DNA from: a virus | Lineage: Duplodnaviria; Caudoviricetes | DNA: 61,783 nucleotides | Direction: 5' to 3' (one strand) | Virus record (IMG/VR): IMGVR_UViG_3300029822_000011 | Span: 1-61,783 of that record | In this document: positions 44,915 to 52,802 of the stretch, one piece after another | Position numbering within the stretch: position 1 is the first letter of the stretch | How the letters are laid out: every line of letters begins with the position of its first letter | Translations under genes and position numbers: made by a program | The notes under the pieces: model-generated | What the model was told of the DNA's origin: nothing | Database searches by the model: none | What the model saw: the letters and a program-made list of their open reading frames with translations, nothing else

Positions 44915-44950
44915 TTGACACTCCTGCGGCCTCCGGTTATACTATAACCG
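44915..44950 (+). promoter_or_regulatory. sigma70 promoter with palindromic operator over the -10
   Basis: TTGACA, 17 nt, TATACT (44938-44943); CGGTTATA-C-TATAACCG at 44934-44950. Confidence 0.85.
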
Positions 44951-44986
44951 TCAGTCACCGAAAGGCCGAATCGGAGGGTGAAGCAG

Positions 44987-45514
44987 ATGGTAAACGGTGC
45001 GCATGTAGTGCGTTTCGACAGCGTGATCTACCTCGTACTCAGGGAGACGCAACCAGCAAGCGGCCGGCCGGAGCGGGATGGCTACATACAGTGCGAGTCT
45101 GTGTTCGTCGCGGGCAAGCCGTCGCGCGATCCGACCGGGCGGTCTGGCGGCATCCATCCCACGTGGGATCGGATCGCATGGCGCGAGCCGAGTGTCAGAT
45201 ATGACCGCGATCTCGGGCGCTGTGTTACCGGCGACGTGCAGGAACACTGGCGCCACCAGGGAGGCGGCGGTCGGCGTCTGTATGCGATCGAGGGCATGAG
45301 TTACCCGCTGCCCACGACACGACAGACGCCGCTGGAGAGTGTGCAGATCAGCGACTGGGCGCGGGGCGTAATCACGGGCGCGCTCACTATGGCGTGCGCT
45401 GACCTCTGGACGATAGAGTGCCGCCGGCCGGAAAGTGCGTCCGAGGTGCAGGAGCTTTGGGAGCATCATGTAGTGCAGGTATCCGCGCACTATTACAGTG
45501 AGGCCCGCGTATGA
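44987..45514 (+). CDS. Moron gene, unknown function
   Basis: GGAGG RBS; own promoter; less GC3-biased than flanking genes. Confidence 0.6.
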   Translation: MVNGAHVVRFDSVIYLVLRETQPASGRPERDGYIQCESVFVAGKPSRDPTGRSGGIHPTWDRIAWREPSVRYDRDLGRCVTGDVQEHWRHQGGGGRRLYAIEGMSYPLPTTRQTPLESVQISDWARGVITGALTMACADLWTIECRRPESASEVQELWEHHVVQVSAHYYSEARV

Positions 45515-45705
45515 GTATCCGCTGCGCACGACTGGAGCAGAGTGGGGACCTCAGCAAGCGCATCGAGGTCCCCGTGACTGAGGAGACGCGTCGGGCGCTG
45601 GATCAACGCGCCCACGACCTGAAGATGGACAGTGGCAGGCCCTATTCGGCGGCGGATGTAGCCCGTCACTACATCGAACAACGAATAGCCGCCGAGCAGC
45701 GGTAG
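45511..45705 (+). CDS. Ribbon-helix-helix-like small DNA-binding protein
   Basis: KRIEVPVTEETRRALDQRA...SAADVARHYIE. Confidence 0.7.
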   Translation: MSIRCARLEQSGDLSKRIEVPVTEETRRALDQRAHDLKMDSGRPYSAADVARHYIEQRIAAEQR

Positions 45706-45729
45706 AGAACACAACCGACGCAAAGCACG

Positions 45730-45761
45730 CACAAGCCCCGCCCGTAGCGGCGGGGCTTGTG
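45730..45761. terminator. Hairpin closing the moron
   Basis: CACAAGCCCCGCC/GGCGGGGCTTGTG 13-bp stem. Confidence 0.65.
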
Positions 45762-45782
45762 GATTCCTGGAGGTGCCCGCCC

Positions 45783-46316
45783 GTGAGCGAGTTCACCGTG
45801 CAAGAGATCCTCACCCGCATGAACGAACTGCCGCGGGCCGTCCCGGCCCTCGAGGAAGTCCTCGCCATCTGCGCGGACAACCTCCCGGTCATCCTCCCCG
45901 AAGTCGGGCTCCCGCCACCGCGCTCCTACGGCTACGTGGAGACCGAGATCGACAATGCGAAGTTTCCCGCACTCGTCGTCGGGGCCTCCATCCGCACGGA
46001 CCCCGCCGGCCACTCGTACATGGACTCGTCGCAGGTGGCCGTTATCTACGCCTTCGCCGGGCCGCGGATAGCGCCCGAGGACTTCCGGCGCTCGCTCGAC
46101 GTGGCGCAGGTCGTGCGGGCGCTCCTGTCGCTCCCGACCGTCGTCGGGCCGCGCTACGCCGATGACGGCACGACGATCATCTGGAACACGCTGCTTCCGG
46201 CCCAACAGTGTTTCTCGCCGGTCCCGCCGAACTACCCCTACTTCCAGGGCTGGCAGGCGGCGTTTATGGTCGACCAGTACCCGGTCGCGGGCACCCTGTG
46301 GCCGACACAATCCTGA
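45783..46316 (+). CDS. Putative tail terminator
   Basis: KFPALVV motif, size and position before tail tube. Confidence 0.5.
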   Translation: MSEFTVQEILTRMNELPRAVPALEEVLAICADNLPVILPEVGLPPPRSYGYVETEIDNAKFPALVVGASIRTDPAGHSYMDSSQVAVIYAFAGPRIAPEDFRRSLDVAQVVRALLSLPTVVGPRYADDGTTIIWNTLLPAQQCFSPVPPNYPYFQGWQAAFMVDQYPVAGTLWPTQS

Positions 46317-46337
46317 CGCACGCGGAGCTGATGGCAA

Positions 46338-47309
46338 ATGGCACTCACGGCTGTGGATACCGCGATGGTGAGCATCGCCGACCGGCTGGCCTACCTGCGC
46401 GGGGCGGGCGCAAACCTCGCCCTTGCCGGGACCGACCTGTGGGAGATCGTGGACGCCAGTGACGACGAGACCTTTGAGAATCGCCTCGTGGGGGCCGACC
46501 TCACGGCGGCGGACGCGGCACTCGAGGACACCCCGATAGGCTCCGTGCAGGCGCTGCGCACGGTCCTCGGGCACCTCGACACCTACTGCCGCACGGACCT
46601 GTCCCTCGGCGGCCTCGACGCCTACCTCACGGCCAAGCGCCTGCGGGTCCCCGCCCGCTTCGCCAGCGCCTGGTATGAGGCCACCGGGCAGAGGCTCACG
46701 GCCACGAACGTGCATCCGACGGCGGACGCGGGGGCGGCCTGCCCGGGCCTCGCCCTCGGCACGCTACTTCGCGGCGGGGCACTCGTCGGCGGCCTGTCGG
46801 CTGCGGGCTCGTCCTACTACGGGCCGGGCGTCATTGTTGCGCGCGTGACGGCCATCGGCGCCGCCGACTGGACGGTCACCGTCACCTGTGTGCGCGAGGA
46901 CGCAACCACGGAGGCCATCGAGCAGGTCATCCTCGGCACCGGCAATAGCGGCGCCGTGGGCGATGTCTACGTCCTCGGGGCGCAGGCCCTCGGCGTGGAG
47001 GCGGCTGCCGGGCAGGCCGATGTACCGGTCGCGGCTACGGCGCAGTTTGCCGCCGATCAGCAGGTGCTCCTCGTCGAGTGGACCGGCGACGCACCGGATG
47101 AGGTCTGGGCGCAGATGGAGATTGCCACGATCGAGTCGCTCGTGGAGAACACCTCCCTGACGATGACGGAGGACCTCCTGCACACCTACTCGGCGGCGGC
47201 CTACGTCTACCCGCTCTTTGACTACGTGAGCCTGGCGACGGGCAGTGGCGGGTCGGTCAGCGACGCGCTGGGGCTGTTCATGGGGGCGGATCGCAGGCTC
47301 CGGGCGTAG
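46338..47309 (+). CDS. Putative virion structural protein
   Basis: Typical codon usage, within tail cluster. Confidence 0.6.
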   Translation: MALTAVDTAMVSIADRLAYLRGAGANLALAGTDLWEIVDASDDETFENRLVGADLTAADAALEDTPIGSVQALRTVLGHLDTYCRTDLSLGGLDAYLTAKRLRVPARFASAWYEATGQRLTATNVHPTADAGAACPGLALGTLLRGGALVGGLSAAGSSYYGPGVIVARVTAIGAADWTVTVTCVREDATTEAIEQVILGTGNSGAVGDVYVLGAQALGVEAAAGQADVPVAATAQFAADQQVLLVEWTGDAPDEVWAQMEIATIESLVENTSLTMTEDLLHTYSAAAYVYPLFDYVSLATGSGGSVSDALGLFMGADRRLRA

Positions 47310-47332
47310 GGCGTAACGGACGCATAACGACA

Positions 47333-47366
47333 GCGGGCGGGCAGCTCTTTCGGGCCGCCCGCCCGC
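47333..47366. terminator. Intergenic hairpin before tail tube gene
   Basis: GCGGGCGGGC/GCCCGCCCGC stem; no U-tract. Confidence 0.45.
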
Positions 47367-47385
47367 GATTCTGGAGGTGGCTGAA

Positions 47386-48369
47386 ATGGCCGGAACGCTC
47401 TACTCGACCCCGACGTACCGGATGGGGGCGCAGGGCTACCTGCTCTCCAAGGCACAGCCCGGGCTGCTCGTGGCGGCAAATGCCATAGCCGACCCGGCGC
47501 CGGTCGCGGGCGTGAACGAACTGATCGGCTTCGCCGATAACCCGTCCTCACAGCGCTCCGAGGGCGCCGAACCGGTAAACTCCCTCGGCTCGATGCGCAC
47601 CGTCTGCGTCGCCCACGGCTTGCGCACCTACTCGCTCAACACCCGCTTCATCGTGGGCGATGGCACCTTCTGCACCTACGCCGCCCGCGACCACTCCGAC
47701 CCCGACAAACTCGGGACCGTCATGGGCCTGCCGCTGCGGACGTACGAGTACGGGACCTCGCAGGCCTTCGGCGCGGCGGCGGCGGAGGCCGAACAGGCCC
47801 TCGACACCCTGATCAACTCCCTCTCGCTCGACTTCCGGGAGGGCCAGCCGGTCACGGCCACGGTGGATATGTGGCCCACGGTCATCCTCGACCAGGGCGT
47901 CACCCCGCAGGCGTCATACACGCCGATGTCCTGCCCGGTGCTGCACTGGTGTCACCTCGAGTGGACGGTAGGGGGGATCGATTACACCCCCATCCTCTCG
48001 GGCTGCTCCTTCAGGCTGCAAAACGGCCTGCAGCGGATCGGCGTGCGCAAGCAGTTCGGGGCGATCACCACGGAGCCGAATATCTCCCGGACGGCCTACG
48101 CGATCATCCCCGGCATCGAGCAGCTCGGCCTGCAGCCGTCGTGGCGGGACAAGCTGCCAGCGGCGCTGCGGCAGGCGGGGGACTGGTCGACGATCACGAT
48201 GCGGGCGGAGGTCCCCGGCGTCGGCATCGGGCGGCGCTACCTGCAGATTGTGATTGCGCATAACTACCTCTCCGCGTGGTCGCGGCAGGCGAGCAACGCC
48301 AACACGCCGATGACCTGGAGCAGCGACACCCTCAGCTTCGAGGTGACTATCACCGCCGGCACGACCTGA
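47386..48369 (+). CDS. Putative major tail (tube) protein
   Basis: INSLSLDFREGQPVTATVD, SFRLQNGL; precedes chaperones and tape measure. Confidence 0.65.
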   Translation: MAGTLYSTPTYRMGAQGYLLSKAQPGLLVAANAIADPAPVAGVNELIGFADNPSSQRSEGAEPVNSLGSMRTVCVAHGLRTYSLNTRFIVGDGTFCTYAARDHSDPDKLGTVMGLPLRTYEYGTSQAFGAAAAEAEQALDTLINSLSLDFREGQPVTATVDMWPTVILDQGVTPQASYTPMSCPVLHWCHLEWTVGGIDYTPILSGCSFRLQNGLQRIGVRKQFGAITTEPNISRTAYAIIPGIEQLGLQPSWRDKLPAALRQAGDWSTITMRAEVPGVGIGRRYLQIVIAHNYLSAWSRQASNANTPMTWSSDTLSFEVTITAGTT

Positions 48370-48439
48370 TGAGTGTCGCGAAAATGAACCGAAGAAATGA
48401 ACCACGCAAACCCCACCGTCGAGCAAAGGAGCTGCCCCT

Positions 48440-48898
48440 ATGCCTGTCATGCTGCGAAACAGCGACGACTACTACGTGACCATCGAGACCATCGACGGCA
48501 GCAGGTTCTGGCTGCGCGACCTCTCCGACGACGACTACGACGCGTTCCTGACGGCGGCGGCGGAGGGGCGGGCGCTTATCGGCCTCGACGCCGCCGGGCT
48601 GCTCGAGGCGCTGGAGCGGCCCGAGAAGATGATCGAGCTGCAGGTGAAGACGGCCGCGGACCCTGAGAAGCTGCGGGCGATGCGGGTGCATCAGCGCGAC
48701 CTCGTGCATCTGATCCTGCGCGGGGGGCTGGTCCGGTGGGACCTGCCACTTGAGGATGGCGAGCGCCCGAACGGGACCCTGCTGCCCTCGACTGTGAAGG
48801 TCCGGCTCGCCCGGCGCATCATCGAGATTAGCGACCTGCGAACGGATGAGGAGAACTTTCATGGTGGAGTGGGGGCTGGCGCATCTCGGGGTGAATGA
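48440..48898 (+). CDS. Tail assembly chaperone (gpG-like)
   Basis: Position; GLVRWDL motif; ...EENF near end overlapping second ORF. Confidence 0.65.
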   Translation: MPVMLRNSDDYYVTIETIDGSRFWLRDLSDDDYDAFLTAAAEGRALIGLDAAGLLEALERPEKMIELQVKTAADPEKLRAMRVHQRDLVHLILRGGLVRWDLPLEDGERPNGTLLPSTVKVRLARRIIEISDLRTDEENFHGGVGAGASRGE

Positions 48899-49139
48899 GC
48901 TTATCCCCGACGTCCCCGACGAACTCTCCCCGCTCGTAGACGGCTGGCTCATGCTGCGCGACACGGGGCGTGTTCCCTGGGAGTGCGGCATCCGGGTCAG
49001 CCGTCGCAGGTTCTGGCAGGCGGCCCGTATCCTCTCGTGCGTGGTGCAGCAGGGGCGTTTGCTGCTCACGCGGGCGGAGGTGGAGCGCCTGAAGCATCCC
49101 GTGTTCGCGTGTCCGCTGCTCGGCATCGGAGGTGAGTGA
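48861..49139 (+). CDS. Second chaperone ORF (gpT-like), +1 frame relative to upstream gene
   Basis: Overlaps chaperone end; ends just before tape measure. Confidence 0.55.
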   Translation: MVEWGLAHLGVNELIPDVPDELSPLVDGWLMLRDTGRVPWECGIRVSRRRFWQAARILSCVVQQGRLLLTRAEVERLKHPVFACPLLGIGGE

Positions 49140-49142
49140 CCC

Positions 49143-51578
49143 GTGGCTTTGTGGGACCTGAATGACGAGTATGCGGCCGAGGCGGTCGCCGAGGTGCAGG
49201 CAGAGAGCGGACACACCTATCAGAACGGCTCCTGGCGTGGCTGGGAGGACCGGGCCGGGCGGCGCAGTGCGAACATGCGGGTCCCGGAGTGGAAGCAGAA
49301 CGAGCTCGACTCGCGCGTGGCAGAGCGCGTCATGGCGAAGCGCCGCCAGCGCGAGGATGAACTAGCCGCACAACACGCGCAGGCACAGGCGGCGCTCGAG
49401 GAGCAGCAGGCCTTCGCCGATGAGCTGGTGGCGGGTGGCAGTGGACGCCGCAAGGGGGAGCCGTGGCCGCTGCGCTACCCGGCCGGGCACCCGCGCGCCG
49501 GGCAGTTCCGGCCGTGGTCGGAGGCCGGTGACGACCCGTTTGAGGATCTCGGCGGAGAAGAGGCGGGTGCTGGCGGCGGGGGCGGGGGCGGGGGCCGCCG
49601 CTGGGGCCGCTCTCCGCACTCGCCCTACTCGGTGCCGCGCTACGCCGCGAACCTGCTCTCCTCGGTCCTCGGGGCGGGGGCGGGGATCGCCACCGTCGGC
49701 ATGGGCATGGTCCTCTCGCCGCTTGGCGGCACCGGCGCGGGCGCAACGCAGGTCGGGCAGGCCGTCGTCGGCCTGTTGACCAGTTCGGTCAACGCCGTGG
49801 CCGCGGCGGGCTCGTCGGTGCTCTCGCTCGCGATCGGCGGGCTGCTCGCCGGAGCAATCGGCGGGGCGGCGGCGATGGTCCTCTCGGCCGTCGGCGACCT
49901 CTTCGGGCAGATCGCGCAGGCTATCACCTCCGCGCTGCAGGGTGTCGTCACGGTCGTAAAAGACGTCTTCCGCGACGCCGGGCAGTACGCGCAGGCCGCG
50001 ATGCAGATGGTCTACATGGGCGGCTACGGCCTCGGCGACGCGACCGGGGCCATCTCGACCTTCGGCGCCCTCGGGATGTCGCCGGAGGCCACCTCCGGGA
50101 TGCTCGGGCAGTGGTCGATGCGGCCGGAGTTCCTGGCGATGCGGCTCGGGCCGCTCGGCGGGATGCAGACCGGCCAGGATGGCTCCATCGACTGGGCCGG
50201 GACCCTGCGCGGGATGCGCGGGGCGATGGGCGGCTACGCGCCGATGGCGCAGTGGCAGGTGCTGCAGGCGCTGCTTGGACCGGGCGCTGCCGGACAGCTC
50301 ATGCCGATGATGATGATGGAGGAGGGCGCCTTCGAGCAGGCGATGGGCAACGCGGAGGGGCTGCGCGCCCCGACCGAACAGCTCCGGGCGCTGCGCGAAG
50401 AGCTCGCGCCGGCGCAGGCGCAGGTGGGGCTGCTCGCGCAGGTGATCAAAGTCGAACTCGCCTCGGCGGCGCTCGAGCCTGTGCTTGTGCTGCTGCAGAG
50501 CTTCCTCGATCTCGTGACGGAGAACCGGGGGGCGATTCACCAGTGGATGGCCGAACTCCCCTCGCGCCTGGCCGAGTGGATGATTGAGGCCACGGAGTGG
50601 GCCGAACGGCTGCACGATGCCCTGCCGGGCATTGCTGAGAGGCTGCGCGATGTCGTCGATGGCCTGCGCAGTGCGTGGGGCGTTATCCGCGATATCGGCG
50701 AGTTCGTCGCCGCGCACCCGACGCTCTCGGCGGTCTTCGCGGGGGCGGCGCTTGGTGGCATGACGGGCGGGGTGCCCGGTGCGGTCATGGGCGGGGCGCT
50801 CCTTGGCGGGACGCAGGTGGGTGCGCAGGGCTTCGGCGTCGGTGGCGGGGTCGGCGGCGGGCTGCTTGGTATGCTCGGAGGGGCGGCGCTGATGCGCTAC
50901 GGCGGCGCGGGCCTGACGGCGGCGCGGGCGGGGATCGGTGGCCTGCTGATGGGCTCTGGTTCGCTGGCGTTCCCGGTGGCCGCAGGCGGCAGCCTCGCGG
51001 AGGGCGGCGCGCTTGCCGGCGGCGGGCTGCTCGCCGGCACCGGCGGCATCGTCGCCCTGGTCGCGGGGATCCTCGCGGCGTCAACGGCGATTGCGGCGTG
51101 GACCTCCGGCTGGTGGGGCGCCTACCGCGAGCAGAAAGAGGCGGAGAGGCAGGCCGCGGCTATGGAGGGCGGGGCGCGCGAGCTTGGCTACGTCACCCCG
51201 GAGATGGCCGCGGAGAGCATCGGCCCGAACATACTCAAGGGCTACAAAGAGAACACGCTGAGCCAGAAGGAGCAGGCGGCCGTCGCCGAGCGGATGTACG
51301 AGATGATGGAGGAGCGGCGCAAGCGCCTCAACGCGGAGGAGGGCGAGGAGGGGGAGGGCGGGAGTATCTGGAGCACCCTGCGGGAGCGGCTCTCGGCCAT
51401 TGCCGACAACACCCGCCCCGACCGCACACAGCAGGCCCACCGGCAGGCGCTCGAGGAGGCCTCCGGGCGCTCCCTCGGGACCCTCGAGGTGCGGCTGGAC
51501 CCGCGCTTTGAGGCGATGTTTGAGCTTGAGCTGGTGCAGGCGAACTGGCGCGGCCTGCAGGTCGCAATAGGGGGGTAG
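49143..51578 (+). CDS. Tape measure protein
   Basis: 811 aa, Ala/Gly-rich helical and hydrophobic segments; follows chaperones; N-terminal RYPAGHPRAGQF motif. Confidence 0.75.
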   Translation: MALWDLNDEYAAEAVAEVQAESGHTYQNGSWRGWEDRAGRRSANMRVPEWKQNELDSRVAERVMAKRRQREDELAAQHAQAQAALEEQQAFADELVAGGSGRRKGEPWPLRYPAGHPRAGQFRPWSEAGDDPFEDLGGEEAGAGGGGGGGGRRWGRSPHSPYSVPRYAANLLSSVLGAGAGIATVGMGMVLSPLGGTGAGATQVGQAVVGLLTSSVNAVAAAGSSVLSLAIGGLLAGAIGGAAAMVLSAVGDLFGQIAQAITSALQGVVTVVKDVFRDAGQYAQAAMQMVYMGGYGLGDATGAISTFGALGMSPEATSGMLGQWSMRPEFLAMRLGPLGGMQTGQDGSIDWAGTLRGMRGAMGGYAPMAQWQVLQALLGPGAAGQLMPMMMMEEGAFEQAMGNAEGLRAPTEQLRALREELAPAQAQVGLLAQVIKVELASAALEPVLVLLQSFLDLVTENRGAIHQWMAELPSRLAEWMIEATEWAERLHDALPGIAERLRDVVDGLRSAWGVIRDIGEFVAAHPTLSAVFAGAALGGMTGGVPGAVMGGALLGGTQVGAQGFGVGGGVGGGLLGMLGGAALMRYGGAGLTAARAGIGGLLMGSGSLAFPVAAGGSLAEGGALAGGGLLAGTGGIVALVAGILAASTAIAAWTSGWWGAYREQKEAERQAAAMEGGARELGYVTPEMAAESIGPNILKGYKENTLSQKEQAAVAERMYEMMEERRKRLNAEEGEEGEGGSIWSTLRERLSAIADNTRPDRTQQAHRQALEEASGRSLGTLEVRLDPRFEAMFELELVQANWRGLQVAIGG

Positions 51579-51581
51579 TCC

Positions 51582-52796
51582 ATGGCGCTCACGAACTGGA
51601 AAGCCCTAACCTCGCAGGGCGTCATCTCGGACACGCCCGCAAGCGGCTTTCGCTACCGTTACGGCGCGGACTTCGTGGTCTACCTCGAGGACGCTCCTGG
51701 CGCGCTCGCGGCCGTGGCGTGGTCGGCGGTGGGGGCCGGTGTCCCGGTTCCTGGTATGCACACCGTCAAGGTGCCGATGCGCTGGAAGCTACATATCGAG
51801 GACCCGAACGGCACGAAGCTGTTTGAGCAGGAAGTGAAGATGGACCTGTGGTTCGTCGCGATGATCATGAGCATGATGGGCGGGGTCGCCTTCTCGCTCT
51901 TCACCTGGTGGATCCACGAGGGTTCGGACACGATCAAAACGACCATCTGCGACGGGAAGACGCTTGCGGAGGGCGAAAAGCCCCGCACGCTCGGGGCGGA
52001 GGTGGGCTTCAACGTCCCCGCCGGAGGCTCTGATTACACCTCGAACTACGCGACTATCCTGAACGAGTGGACCTCGCCGATCTACTACTGCCAGTTGCCG
52101 GCGGGGTCGCGCTTTAAGATCACCTTTCATAACGTCGGCTACTCATCGCTGCGCTCGTCGCTCTCGTCGATCCAGACGCAGGTCATGGAGGCCACCGGCG
52201 CTTTCCGGCGGCTGCCGGGCTTTGGCATGGTGGTGGGGGCGCGGGCAGGCTCTGGCGGCATGGAGGCGCACGCCTGGCACGCGCCGGCGGGCCGGGCAAC
52301 GCCGCTGCGCTGGGAGGCCCCACAGTGGACCTCGGGCGTCGGCAGCTCCGGCGGGAGGTGCGTCTGGGTGCCGTACGTGGGCGGCGGGCGGGTGGCCCTG
52401 CTCTGGGAGGGCAACGGCGCCATACTCTACGCCGAAAGCTGCAACCTCGGCGATGTGAACGGATGGGAGGGGCCTGCTACCGTGCTCCCGGGACACACAC
52501 TCTTAGGTGCCGACCGCGATACCGACGGGGTGTTGTATGTGCTCACCCGAAACCCCGCCGGGGCCACCGTCGGCTACAAGCTCTCCCGCTCGCTCAACCG
52601 CGAGGCGCTGGTGAGCGTCGGGCCGCCGATCGCCTGCCGGATGCGCGACAGCGGCGAGGCGCTCTCGCTGACGTCGGTCGATCACTTTGAGGTCGAACGC
52701 GGCGTCTGTCACGTCATGGTCGACCGCGGCACGAGCATTGACTACTACCAGGGCCTCGACGGTATGGCGTCGTGGGTCCTCGCCGAAGGGGTGTGA
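51582..52796 (+). CDS. Tail-associated protein
   Basis: Directly after tape measure. Confidence 0.6.
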   Translation: MALTNWKALTSQGVISDTPASGFRYRYGADFVVYLEDAPGALAAVAWSAVGAGVPVPGMHTVKVPMRWKLHIEDPNGTKLFEQEVKMDLWFVAMIMSMMGGVAFSLFTWWIHEGSDTIKTTICDGKTLAEGEKPRTLGAEVGFNVPAGGSDYTSNYATILNEWTSPIYYCQLPAGSRFKITFHNVGYSSLRSSLSSIQTQVMEATGAFRRLPGFGMVVGARAGSGGMEAHAWHAPAGRATPLRWEAPQWTSGVGSSGGRCVWVPYVGGGRVALLWEGNGAILYAESCNLGDVNGWEGPATVLPGHTLLGADRDTDGVLYVLTRNPAGATVGYKLSRSLNREALVSVGPPIACRMRDSGEALSLTSVDHFEVERGVCHVMVDRGTSIDYYQGLDGMASWVLAEGV

Positions 52797-52802
52797 GGGC
52801 GC

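Noticed and set aside
51139-51155. 17-nt exact match (AGGCGGAGAGGCAGGCC) of spacer 3 to the tape measure gene, plus 14-nt matches at 6126 and 6448
   Set aside because: Matches cover the middle or 3' part of the spacer, not the repeat-proximal seed in + orientation; flanks mismatch; they encode common helical peptides in GC-rich DNA. Not accepted as self-targeting, though worth rechecking if the array is minus-oriented.
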